Shown one piece after another: positions 18,443-27,781 of a stretch of DNA of 64,000 nt (the stretch's first letter is position 1; the number at the start of each line of letters is the position of its first letter). The stretch lies in IMG/VR virus record IMGVR_UViG_3300022689_000116, positions 16,710 through 80,709 of that record; one strand, 5' to 3'. Under the pieces are notes generated by a model. That model was not told where the DNA came from, searched no databases, and saw only the letters and a list, made by a program, of their open reading frames with translations. The stretch is from a virus. Both the position numbers and the translations under genes were made by a program.

Positions 18443-19491
18443 CACACTAACATTGAAGGTTGTTTAACAATTTGACTAGCTAAATTATAAGCATTCATAG
18501 TATGATTATAAACACTACCATAAAAAACATTCTTCATTTTAGTTTCACTATCTTTATATATTTTAGCATTTTGAAAATAACCACTAACAGAGTTATAAGC
18601 ACCCCAAAGAGTACCTTTAGCAACATCATATTTCTGACCCGGTCCATCATAGTAATATTTATTAACATCATTAATAAGATTAATCTTTTTACTAGATAGA
18701 ACATCACCAGCTTTTTCACCACTTTCAATTCTAGCTATTTCTTCCGAAGTTAGAAATACAATATTAACAAATGATCTAATATTGTCATCTGTCATTTTAA
18801 TTTTAGACATTTCGTTATACAGAAGTTCAGCTTCAGTAGCCCTCATATTTTCAATCTGTAAAACAGTTTTAGCTTCATCCAAGCGATCATGTAAAGAAAG
18901 AGTGTGACGGATACGAACTTTATTATTAGCTGTACTAAGTGCAAATTGTAATGTATTATTACAAACTACACGTACAGGAGTAAACAATACTTCAATAGAC
19001 CTACTACCATCATGAGAATTAGTAAATAGAAGATACCTATCAATTATATCTTTACCACCAACTTTTATAAACTTAGGAAGTTTAGCAGTAATAAAAATAG
19101 TTTCTCCAAGACCTAATGCTCCAGCAGTTTCAAACATTGCTTCTTTACTTCCAACAATATCATCGAAAAACTTAAATGCTTGATGGTTTTGAATAATTTC
19201 ATATTTATTACCAACTTGTCCGAGAGGTTGATTATTATCAGTACGATAAGTAGCAAAACTACCAGGAACTTGTTTCCAAATACTTCTATCAAAGTTTACA
19301 ACACGACGATCATTAACTTCAATATGACAAGGTTTCTTATCAACTTCAAAATCAAGATTAGCCATTTTGAGAGCTTCTTTAGAAGTAAGAGCAGATTCAA
19401 CTGTTTGACCAAGTTTATGCCAAGCAGGTTTTTGAACACCAAAGTAAGAATATGTACCTTTTTGTTCGTTAAAATTTAAATTGTGAGCCAT
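18442..19491 (-). CDS. DUF932-family protein
   Basis: MAHNL...PAWHKLG, YEIIQN, ETAGAL, NSHDGS, TPVRVVCNNT and GTLWGAYN are typical of DUF932 phage/plasmid proteins. Confidence 0.9.
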   Translation of the reverse strand: MAHNLNFNEQKGTYSYFGVQKPAWHKLGQTVESALTSKEALKMANLDFEVDKKPCHIEVNDRRVVNFDRSIWKQVPGSFATYRTDNNQPLGQVGNKYEIIQNHQAFKFFDDIVGSKEAMFETAGALGLGETIFITAKLPKFIKVGGKDIIDRYLLFTNSHDGSRSIEVLFTPVRVVCNNTLQFALSTANNKVRIRHTLSLHDRLDEAKTVLQIENMRATEAELLYNEMSKIKMTDDNIRSFVNIVFLTSEEIARIESGEKAGDVLSSKKINLINDVNKYYYDGPGQKYDVAKGTLWGAYNSVSGYFQNAKIYKDSETKMKNVFYGSVYNHTMNAYNLASQIVKQPSMLV

Positions 19492-19506
19492 AACTTTATT
19501 TATTAT

Positions 19507-20142
19507 TTATTTTATTACAACATAAGGATTATTCTTAAATCTAGCACCTTTAACAGAAGCTAGTGTTAGACTATCAGTTAATCTTTTCTTATTAATAATA
19601 GATTGAACTTCCGGATTTAATTCTTTGATTCTACCTATATAATCACTACTAATTACTTTAGATATTCTTTTTATAAGCTCTTTATAAGTAGATTCATTAC
19701 CAGGAAGTTTAATAGTAACATACATATAGTCAGGATTGTCAAAATCATCATCAACTTCCACAATATCCTTATTTACACTATATGTTTTAAGAGTATCAAA
19801 GTCAAGCTTTTTATTACCAGACTTACCTTCACAACCAAATTCAAGAGTAGCTTCAAGGATAGTCTTTTTAAGTCTATCTGTAAGATTTTCTTTGGTTGTC
19901 CTTAAACTAGCAAGTCTTTTAGCTTCATCTTTAATGGTTTCAACTTCACCTTTTATAGTGGCTATCTTAGCATAATAAGCTTTAATCTTTTCTTCAAGAT
20001 TATCTTCAGCTATTTTAAGACGTTCTTCTAACTCAGGAGTAAGTTCTCCATCAAGTTCTTCAATTTCATCAAATACTTTATAGTATTCTTCTTTTATTTC
20101 AAAAATATTTGCCATAATTTTAAATAATTTTTTCATTAACAA
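19507..20142 (-). CDS. Siphovirus Gp157-family protein
   Basis: MANIFEI...GELTPE...EEKIKAY, followed by a coiled coil EAKRL...RLKK. The likely start is the internal MANIFEI. Confidence 0.8.
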   Translation of the reverse strand: MLMKKLFKIMANIFEIKEEYYKVFDEIEELDGELTPELEERLKIAEDNLEEKIKAYYAKIATIKGEVETIKDEAKRLASLRTTKENLTDRLKKTILEATLEFGCEGKSGNKKLDFDTLKTYSVNKDIVEVDDDFDNPDYMYVTIKLPGNESTYKELIKRISKVISSDYIGRIKELNPEVQSIINKKRLTDSLTLASVKGARFKNNPYVVIK

Positions 20143-20752
20143 TTATAAATTTTAAATATTCACCTACTTTAGCAGGTGTATCGAATACATTCAAATTAAT
20201 AACATAATCAAATGTATCTAGAGTTATATCCATAGCTTCACTTTCATGATTATAATCTCTGCTATCCATATTTTCATCAACAAACGATTTCCCTGTAAAA
20301 GCAATGATTATGCCATCCTTACTTTTAACAAAGTCAGCTTCATTTTGAAAACGTATATCAGTAAGTAATAAATTAGTAGATAGAACATTTTGTTCTTTAT
20401 TACCAACCCAATAAGTTCTGTATAGTTTATCAATCCACATTTTAGAATTGATTATTCTACCAACATTAGTACCAAAAAGCTGCATAAACTGACCATAAGT
20501 CATAGGTTTAGTATAATCATCTTGTAATCTAAATGGAATTAACTTATTTTTAACCTCCCGATCTTCAAGTTCTTCACGAGTAATACCAAACATATAACTA
20601 GTAATCTGTTTAATAGGGTCAGCGAAAGCATCAACTTTCCAATTTTTATAAGCAGGTCTGGCATATCTATTGATATTGTGCATAAAAGCATTAACAGCAG
20701 TAGATTTGCCTGTACCAATTTTACCTGCAAATCCAATTAATTTATTTGTCAT
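20120..20752 (-). CDS. Deoxynucleoside monophosphate kinase
   Basis: P-loop GKIGTGKS, FADPIK, MQLFGT, TDIRFQNE and HESE. Confidence 0.9.
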   Translation of the reverse strand: MTNKLIGFAGKIGTGKSTAVNAFMHNINRYARPAYKNWKVDAFADPIKQITSYMFGITREELEDREVKNKLIPFRLQDDYTKPMTYGQFMQLFGTNVGRIINSKMWIDKLYRTYWVGNKEQNVLSTNLLLTDIRFQNEADFVKSKDGIIIAFTGKSFVDENMDSRDYNHESEAMDITLDTFDYVINLNVFDTPAKVGEYLKFIIVNEKII

Positions 20753-20757
20753 GTTTA

Positions 20758-21039
20758 CTAAAATTGAGGATAATTAATTTTATCATATTCATATACGACT
20801 TTACCAGATGATTTAAAATCATTATTTTTAAGTCGTTTAGCAGGATATACACCATTAGAAATAAGTACATCAGTAATAAGTCCCGATGTATCAATATATC
20901 TAAGTACAGGATCTTTAATTTGATCCTTTATAGAATCACGAAGTTCGTTCCAATGCAGAACACTCTGTGCAGTACTCATAATAGCTTTAGCTTCTTCGAG
21001 CTGTTCAATAACAGTATCATTTTTAATAACATTTTTCAT
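20758..21039 (-). CDS. Hypothetical protein
   Basis: 93 aa, co-oriented and tightly packed. Confidence 0.7.
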   Translation of the reverse strand: MKNVIKNDTVIEQLEEAKAIMSTAQSVLHWNELRDSIKDQIKDPVLRYIDTSGLITDVLISNGVYPAKRLKNNDFKSSGKVVYEYDKINYPQF

Positions 21040-21047
21040 ATCTTTGA

Positions 21048-21461
21048 TTATTTTACACGTTTATAAATCATTTTTTCTGCATCAGCTAAATACCAATTAG
21101 AACTCATACAAAGATCAAGTTTGAAATCTAAAGCTCCACTTAGATCATTAACAGTAATATCTATATGCGACATTGAACTTGATAGCATTAATATTATATC
21201 TACCATTTCAAATAAAACATCATTTCTAGCTTTATCAACAGTATCCACAAAATGATCATAGGTTTCTTTACTTATCATATCAGGACTAGTTTTTAATTGA
21301 ATAAGCTTATCTTTAGCTATTAAATATTTTTTAATAGATTCTAACAATTCATCAATTTCTTCTCTCTTAATATGTTCAATAGGAGCAGTAATTTGCTGAT
21401 CAAGAGTACGTTCTTTAAATGCACTTAAAGTCCATTTTTTAATAACATCAAAATTATTCAT
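21048..21461 (-). CDS. MazG-like (DUF550-type) dNTP pyrophosphohydrolase
   Basis: W..SAF...PIEHIKREEIDE...EMVD...KL....W pattern with a coiled-coil insertion. Confidence 0.55.
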   Translation of the reverse strand: MNNFDVIKKWTLSAFKERTLDQQITAPIEHIKREEIDELLESIKKYLIAKDKLIQLKTSPDMISKETYDHFVDTVDKARNDVLFEMVDIILMLSSSMSHIDITVNDLSGALDFKLDLCMSSNWYLADAEKMIYKRVK

Positions 21462-21473
21462 TTGTTTATTGTT

Positions 21474-22058
21474 TTAAATTATTTTTAATCGTTTTAATTC
21501 AAAGTAACATTTAACTGTAGTATTAACATCTACAAGAGCATCATGGGCATCTTTAAAACCTTCTCCAAAAAGTTTAATATGAAGTTCATTTAGAGTCGGC
21601 CATTTAAAACCTCCATAATATTTATTACCAGGAATTCCAACATACTGACCAATCATTTGATGCTTCATGGTACAGAGATGAGGTACTTTAGCAATTTCAT
21701 GTTTAATACCAGCTCTAATTGAATTAGAACCTACTATAGAAATATCAAAGTCATAATTATGAGCAATAAGTTTATCACACATACTACCAACAATTTGAAA
21801 TTGTTTTAGAACATAAGCTTCTCTCATACCTTCACTAGCTCTACGCATAGTAACTCTATGAAGTTCTTGAAGCTTTTCGGGAATATCCCAACCGTCAGGT
21901 TTAACAACTTGCATACGTTCTGCAATCTTTTCACCATACTCATTAGTTATAACATAAGCAAGTTGAACCATTCTAGGATAGTTATCTACATCTTTAAGAG
22001 GCGCATTATAGTTCTTTGGAAGACCATTTGTTTCAGTATCAAAAAATAATAATTTCAT
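21474..22058 (-). CDS. DEDDh 3'-5' exonuclease (DnaQ-like)
   Basis: FDTETNG, AHNYDFD and HDALVD. Confidence 0.93.
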   Translation of the reverse strand: MKLLFFDTETNGLPKNYNAPLKDVDNYPRMVQLAYVITNEYGEKIAERMQVVKPDGWDIPEKLQELHRVTMRRASEGMREAYVLKQFQIVGSMCDKLIAHNYDFDISIVGSNSIRAGIKHEIAKVPHLCTMKHQMIGQYVGIPGNKYYGGFKWPTLNELHIKLFGEGFKDAHDALVDVNTTVKCYFELKRLKII

Positions 22059-22195
22059 TTTCTCTCATGTTTTAAATATTTAACAAATTCTTTAATAGTT
22101 TTAGCATCAAAACAATTACATAAATCAATAGTAGTTTGTTCAGATACTCCATATTTTATAAGTTTATCATAAAGATTATTTTTATTTTCATTCAT
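22055..22195 (-). CDS. Small hypothetical protein (46 aa, not in ORF track)
   Basis: MNENKNNLYDKLIKYGV...HERK, with an ATGA overlap onto the exonuclease start. Confidence 0.6.
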   Translation of the reverse strand: MNENKNNLYDKLIKYGVSEQTTIDLCNCFDAKTIKEFVKYLKHERK

Positions 22196-22198
22196 AAT

Positions 22199-23518
22199 TT
22201 AACCTATTATTTCAACAACGTTAGCATGAAAAGGAACTTGTTTAACTCCACTTCTTTCATAGAATTTAACTTTAGCCATCATACCAATATAATGATCTTT
22301 ATTATCAAGATATTCTTTTCTTGATTCATAACTACCTTCAGGATTACAAGTAAATGTTTCATCATTAAGGTCGTTATAGAGTATAAACATACCAGTTTCA
22401 GGTTCTTTATCTTTAGGAACTACATCCTTAATTTTAAACTCTGCGTCTTTATGTTTTTTGAACTTCATCATAGTCTTAGGTCTACCACCAAAAGAATAAT
22501 AAGCTTCGGCATCTCTAATTATAACACCTTCATAACCATATTGAATAAATAAATCTCTAAGTCTTTCAACTTCTTTATCATCATTTACAACATATGTTGT
22601 AACTCTTACCAATTCTGACAATAAAACATTATTATCAAAATCTTTATGAAGATTATCTTCAACACTTAACATACGTGGTATAGATTCATTCTTTCTAGAA
22701 AGAAGTACATAACGTTCTCTTTGAATACCATTAACAGCTAAATCAAAACACCAAAATTGAACTTGTTCTGGATTATTAGAAGGTTTACTTGTAGTACCTT
22801 TAGCATTAACCATAGGTATAGAAGCTTTAATATAACTGAGATGTTTATTGGGAATGTATAATTCTCCATCATAAATTATATCATATTCTTCAGTTTCTTT
22901 ATTATAGAAATCTTCATGTTTGAAACACTTTGAAATATGAGGTAATATATAAAGATGACCTTCTTTACTTCTAATAGTAACTTCATTAACAACTTCTTTA
23001 AACATACCAGTACCTTTTATAACAACCTCTAATTGTATAAAACCACGAATACCATTTATTTTAGGTTGAGCAAAAGCAGGATAGTTAAACTTACCATATT
23101 TAAAAGGCTGTGCTTTCATAGGTTTTAAAAGACCATTGGAATCAGTATTATCATCAGGTAAAGCATCACGAAGGATTTTGTTTAAATGTTCAAAACAAAA
23201 GGTTAGTTTAGTATGATTATAAATTAGATAATCTAGAGAAACAATATTCTCAATTTTAATATCCAAATCATCAAATGATTTATAACCTTTTATTCTTTTT
23301 AATCTAACATTAGATTTAACATCCTCTGTTAAAGATTTAATACCATTTAGAACTTTCTTAACTCTAACAGTTCCACCAGTACTAAATAAAGCAACTAAAG
23401 TCCCACTATAAACATCATAAGTTTTTTCTACAGCATTTAAGTTACCATAAGACCAGAAACGAATACTTCCATTTACATCTTTTATAAAAAGAGCATTTTT
23501 AATTATTTCGTTCATCAT
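22199..23518 (-). CDS. ATP-dependent DNA ligase
   Basis: Motif I QPKINGIR, motif III YDGELY, FDL, motif IV YEGVIIR, motif V MKFK, and a C-terminal OB-like region. Confidence 0.92.
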   Translation of the reverse strand: MMNEIIKNALFIKDVNGSIRFWSYGNLNAVEKTYDVYSGTLVALFSTGGTVRVKKVLNGIKSLTEDVKSNVRLKRIKGYKSFDDLDIKIENIVSLDYLIYNHTKLTFCFEHLNKILRDALPDDNTDSNGLLKPMKAQPFKYGKFNYPAFAQPKINGIRGFIQLEVVIKGTGMFKEVVNEVTIRSKEGHLYILPHISKCFKHEDFYNKETEEYDIIYDGELYIPNKHLSYIKASIPMVNAKGTTSKPSNNPEQVQFWCFDLAVNGIQRERYVLLSRKNESIPRMLSVEDNLHKDFDNNVLLSELVRVTTYVVNDDKEVERLRDLFIQYGYEGVIIRDAEAYYSFGGRPKTMMKFKKHKDAEFKIKDVVPKDKEPETGMFILYNDLNDETFTCNPEGSYESRKEYLDNKDHYIGMMAKVKFYERSGVKQVPFHANVVEIIG

Positions 23519-23984
23519 TGTACCATTTTAAATTTGACAAATTCTTTAAATATAACGTTCTTACTAATTTTACTACAACTGCATATTTTGGATTACCAAT
23601 TAAAGCAAGTTTATAATAAAAGTAGTCTTTAAGTTCAAACACTTCACGCATCATCATAGCCCTACTGCCATCAGTTCTAATATCATAAGTTAAATCATGA
23701 TGATTAAAATTTAATGGTATGAACATAGTTTGATTATTATTAAGTCTAACTAGATCATTATTATCTACCTGATCAGTTTCTCCTAACAAATGTACATCTT
23801 TTGTACTAAAGTTTATACCACTAGCTTCATATTTATTTTCTAAACTCTTTTCTTTATCGTTATATAGAGCTTCTACCATTTCTTTTTCTACAGGGAGAAC
23901 TACATAAATATAACTATTATTATCAGTATTTAAAGTAGCAACTGGTCTAACTTTAAATGGAGTATCACATCTTTGTATATTCAT
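23499..23984 (-). CDS. Hypothetical protein
   Basis: 161 aa ORF between primase and ligase. Confidence 0.75.
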   Translation of the reverse strand: MNIQRCDTPFKVRPVATLNTDNNSYIYVVLPVEKEMVEALYNDKEKSLENKYEASGINFSTKDVHLLGETDQVDNNDLVRLNNNQTMFIPLNFNHHDLTYDIRTDGSRAMMMREVFELKDYFYYKLALIGNPKYAVVVKLVRTLYLKNLSNLKWYNDERNN

Positions 23985-23995
23985 AAGTTTAATTA

Positions 23996-25144
23996 TTAAA
24001 TTATTATTCTGTTTATATTATTTATAGATACGGAAATTAAATTATCTATTTGATCTTTATTATAAGTATCCGTAAGATCAGTAAAATCTTTTTCATTATA
24101 ATCAACAGTTCCAAAACGACCATTGGTAATGAAAAAAGGATAAGTATTAAATTCTTTTCTAAGTCGATTAGACATTCTAATTCCAGTTAGATCAAAATCT
24201 AAAAGAGTAAACACAGCTTTATGATCTGTATTCTTTATTTTCTTAGTTACAAAACTAGAAAGCCAATCAAATTGTTCTTTATTTAAAGGAGTACTTTCAC
24301 TAGATAGAGAAACAATACCTATTTTTGGATTATATTTGTTAGTGTATGAATAAAGAGAAACAACATCTTTTGTAGATTTAGTTATAATAAGAAAGTCAAT
24401 AGTTTTCAAATTTACTAAATGGTGAATACCAAATATAAAAGATGCATTTGTTATAAATTTAGGATATGGATTAGGTTTCTTTCTATTTGGAAAATAAAGC
24501 TTGATATTATCAATACCATCACTATCTGTAAGACCATAATAAGCATAACAAGGATCATTATAATTATAATCATATTTGTGTACAGGATTAATATGTCTAT
24601 CTATCCAATAAGTTTTAACCATATAAATATTGAAATATTTAAGATATTTTATAGTAAAATTTTCATCATAAATATACTTGTTCCAGTATTCTAAATCAAG
24701 TTTATTAATTCGTCTATCACTAATTTCAATTATCTTCTTTTCTTTCTTTATTTCTATAAGCCTACTTGAAACCTTTCTTTTCTCTATAGCTTTAGCTCTA
24801 CCATCATCATCAATGACACCAAGTTGTATAGCTATATGAGTAAGTATTTCTACAAAATCATATCCATTCTTAACATTCTTATTTAAAACATAACCAACTA
24901 AATCAAAACAATCTCCCCAAAAATAACCTGCAAAATCTCTCATTCTAAGAATACCAGCACTAGTATATTTAAATCCAACAGTAGCACTATCTGTATTTCT
25001 TAAAGGACTAACCATTAAAATATTATACTTAATACAAGCTATAATATCTCTTTCATCAACCTCTAAATAATGAGAAAATATATCAACCTGATCAAGCTTT
25101 TCTAAAATATATTGTTTAGTTATATCTCTATTAATTGATTTCAT
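23996..25144 (-). CDS. DNA primase (DnaG/TOPRIM-like, crAss type)
   Basis: SPLR..., RDFAG..GDCFDLV, KLYFP, ITKSTKDV, SES, DFDLTG and KDFTD. Confidence 0.87.
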   Translation of the reverse strand: MKSINRDITKQYILEKLDQVDIFSHYLEVDERDIIACIKYNILMVSPLRNTDSATVGFKYTSAGILRMRDFAGYFWGDCFDLVGYVLNKNVKNGYDFVEILTHIAIQLGVIDDDGRAKAIEKRKVSSRLIEIKKEKKIIEISDRRINKLDLEYWNKYIYDENFTIKYLKYFNIYMVKTYWIDRHINPVHKYDYNYNDPCYAYYGLTDSDGIDNIKLYFPNRKKPNPYPKFITNASFIFGIHHLVNLKTIDFLIITKSTKDVVSLYSYTNKYNPKIGIVSLSSESTPLNKEQFDWLSSFVTKKIKNTDHKAVFTLLDFDLTGIRMSNRLRKEFNTYPFFITNGRFGTVDYNEKDFTDLTDTYNKDQIDNLISVSINNINRIII

Positions 25145-25160
25145 GTAATAAATAAGATAT

Positions 25161-25194
25161 AAAAAAAGGGTTACTATAATTAATAACCCTTTTT
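25161..25194 (-). terminator. Intrinsic terminator
   Basis: AAAAGGGTTA...TAACCCTTTT stem with a T7 tail on the minus strand. Confidence 0.75.
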
Positions 25195-25214
25195 ATAACA
25201 TAATTTAAAAATTC

Positions 25215-25955
25215 TTAACCTTTCATAAAAGCAGGTACATCGCCAGAAGCTGCATTATTATTATTTTCATTCAAGTCTTTAGCAGATTTATAAGGAGTTG
25301 CTACAATACCCTCGCCTTTGGTAACATTAACTCTAAGACTAGGCTTAACACCTTCCTTATAAAGTTCAACAATACCATCTCCAGGATACTGAGGAAATCC
25401 AAAATCTCCATTATTAACAACTTTACCTTTGAAAGTAAGTAATAATTTAAGCCAAGCTTTTTTACCAACAAGTGCAGGTAATTTCTTACCATCACCTTTG
25501 AAAACTGTAGCAACACCATTCATAAATTTAGTCCATTCTTCAAGCTGACCTTCAAAATCAGTTTTGGTATCATCCAAAGCCAATAATTCAGCATATTCAT
25601 CTTTGAAATCATCTTCACTAAATACATCAATAAGATGTTTAAGTGTTTGAGCAATTTGATTCCACTGCCAATTTTCCCTTTCAGGAATGTTTGCATCCAT
25701 AGGATAAGCAGTATAACTATGAATATGACGACAAGGTTCTAAATCTTTATCGTGATCAAACTCTTCAAAAATAAAAGATAATCTAGGAACTTTTTTACCC
25801 CTAAATAATTCCCAAGAACTATCTTGTTTAATTTCGGCTTCACCAATTGTTACATCAGTTAAAACAGCTTTAACAAGACCATTATTAATTTCTGGATTTG
25901 GTACAAATTTCTTTAATGATACACTTCTGGTATCTTTAGTTATTCCTTTTGCCAT
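25215..25955 (-). CDS. Conserved replication-module protein, putative ssDNA-binding protein
   Basis: Sits next to the primase, is beta-rich and ends in a flexible tail (GDVPAFMKG). The SSB function is inferred. Confidence 0.5.
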   Translation of the reverse strand: MAKGITKDTRSVSLKKFVPNPEINNGLVKAVLTDVTIGEAEIKQDSSWELFRGKKVPRLSFIFEEFDHDKDLEPCRHIHSYTAYPMDANIPERENWQWNQIAQTLKHLIDVFSEDDFKDEYAELLALDDTKTDFEGQLEEWTKFMNGVATVFKGDGKKLPALVGKKAWLKLLLTFKGKVVNNGDFGFPQYPGDGIVELYKEGVKPSLRVNVTKGEGIVATPYKSAKDLNENNNNAASGDVPAFMKG

Positions 25956-26015
25956 AACGTTATGATTTTAATGATTAAAAAATATTAGATAATTAAATAC
26001 GTATTTAATAGTGAT

Positions 26016-26045
26016 AAAAAAAGGAGAAGGCTTTATACCTCCTCC
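26016..26045 (-). terminator. Intrinsic terminator
   Basis: GGAGAAGG/CCTCCTCC stem with a T7 tail on the minus strand. Confidence 0.65.
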
Positions 26046-26066
26046 ATTAATTATGAGAGGATTTAC

Positions 26067-26678
26067 TTACCTCTTAGCTTCTGACCTGTCAAGTGAGATT
26101 ACAAACAAATCAACAGCCTCAGGACTTTCAGTTCCATTAGGTGCTTCAACTTGAACAGGCTCTTTACTTACAGAATAAACTTGAATTTCGTCATTATTTC
26201 CACCAAGTTCAACCCAGTTAACAGCATCGCTACCTTCAAGAATAGAACCAATACCGACATTACCGGAAACAGAAGCAAGTTTAAAACCAGCAAGTTTATC
26301 GGTATATTGAGTCAAAGGATTACCTTCTTCATCAACTTCACCAGCTTCAATTAAAGCTTCTTTTTCAGCTTTAGAAAGCCTTTTAATAACTTGCTCAACT
26401 TTACCATCTTTACCATAAATAAGATTACCTTTAGCAATACCCCAAGTTACAGGAGTATCTTCATCAGTTTCTCCTGCAAGAATAGCTTTACTAACAGCGT
26501 CAGCATTATTCATAAACATAAGATGATCACCAGGAGCAACACCAAGAAGTCTTGAAGTAGCTTCATTGATCTTAACTTTACCGTTAGTAGTTGTTAAATA
26601 CAACTCAGGTTCAGTAGTTTTAGCAGCTTTTTTTCCAGTTGATTGAACACTAAATGCAAATTTTACAAAATTTTCCAT
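26067..26678 (-). CDS. Hypothetical protein, paralog of 40553..41110 (possible AbrB-like DNA binder)
   Basis: FSVQSTGKK...GKVKINEATSRLLGVAPGDHL resembles a swapped-hairpin motif. Confidence 0.6.
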   Translation of the reverse strand: MENFVKFAFSVQSTGKKAAKTTEPELYLTTTNGKVKINEATSRLLGVAPGDHLMFMNNADAVSKAILAGETDEDTPVTWGIAKGNLIYGKDGKVEQVIKRLSKAEKEALIEAGEVDEEGNPLTQYTDKLAGFKLASVSGNVGIGSILEGSDAVNWVELGGNNDEIQVYSVSKEPVQVEAPNGTESPEAVDLFVISLDRSEAKR

Positions 26679-26742
26679 AATTTAATTAATTAATTTTAAA
26701 TGAAACAATAGGTTATTTATTATAGGATTAATTATCCCCAAA

Positions 26743-27741
26743 TTAGACATCTTCATAATTAATAATATCACCTTCAGAATTAATAAGATAACTTTTCTTA
26801 TTTTCATCTAAAAGTTCTTTACTATCATAAAGACCAAAAAGAATATCGGCACCAATTGATCTAGCACCATTAGTAAAAGCTCTATGATCACACATAAGCT
26901 TAGGTCGTTTAACCCAATTACTATCTTTATTTAAAGCACCAGATTTATCCAATGGAAGTCCAGCTGTAATAGCTTCATCCCAACTAAAAGAGCTAACTTC
27001 TGTAAGAGTTTTTAATTCATCAGTAAGTTCAATCTTTTTGATACGATAAAATATATAAGTAGTACGCCAATCGACAGGTTTAAAATTATTACTTTTATAA
27101 ACAGGAACTTTCTTAGCATCTTTAGCGGCTTTAACAGATACTTCGTCATAAGTATATTGATACTCTCTAGGAAGTAAGTCATTAAGTTCGGCTTCAGAAC
27201 AAATAAGTTGAAAACCAGTACCATCAACATATTTATAAAGAGGAACATAATCTTCTGTTTTTTCCCACCAAATATTATTACCAGCTTTAAGAAGTTTAGC
27301 TTTAAGAATATGAACATCAACTCCGGCTTTACCATTGATAATGTGCATATGATCAGAAGCAGTCATAAAAGGTAAACCAAGTTCTTTAGATTTAATATAA
27401 AGAACCATAGCTTCTTCAGGAGATTTACCAGTAAGTTGTTTAGATTTAACTAGAACACTAAAAAGTTCTAAAGCTTTCTCTCTATCATTAACGATATCAA
27501 TATCAAGAAAACTATTAAGTCCAAAATTTGCAGAAACATTGTTAGCATTAACTAATTTCATTTCAGCTTTTTTATTCTGAACCTCTTTATTCTGATGATC
27601 AGGAGAATCATTCATTTGTTCTTTATTTTCTTCTTTAATCAATTCTTTATTATCCTTTTGAACAAGATCATTATTTTCCTGTTCCTTATTAATTATTTGA
27701 TTTTTCATGTGTAAAGTTATATTAATTATTTGACATTTCAA
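26743..27741 (-). CDS. RecT/Bet-like single-strand annealing protein
   Basis: ELGLP...HIINGK...KA, and NW...PKLM..HRA....R...D.LFGLY..EL. Confidence 0.75.
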   Translation of the reverse strand: MKCQIINITLHMKNQIINKEQENNDLVQKDNKELIKEENKEQMNDSPDHQNKEVQNKKAEMKLVNANNVSANFGLNSFLDIDIVNDREKALELFSVLVKSKQLTGKSPEEAMVLYIKSKELGLPFMTASDHMHIINGKAGVDVHILKAKLLKAGNNIWWEKTEDYVPLYKYVDGTGFQLICSEAELNDLLPREYQYTYDEVSVKAAKDAKKVPVYKSNNFKPVDWRTTYIFYRIKKIELTDELKTLTEVSSFSWDEAITAGLPLDKSGALNKDSNWVKRPKLMCDHRAFTNGARSIGADILFGLYDSKELLDENKKSYLINSEGDIINYEDV

Positions 27742-27781
27742 AGTAATTCAATCAATAATTTTAAATTATTTTTATACTCTT

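Noticed and set aside
21048-21461. Z-base (diaminopurine) genome suggested by the DUF550-like gene
   Set aside because: No purZ or datZ is present in the window.
23040-23070. Ligase motif I KxNG instead of KxDG taken as a sign of inactivation
   Set aside because: The adenylated Lys and motifs III-V are intact, and KxNG variants occur in nucleotidyltransferases.
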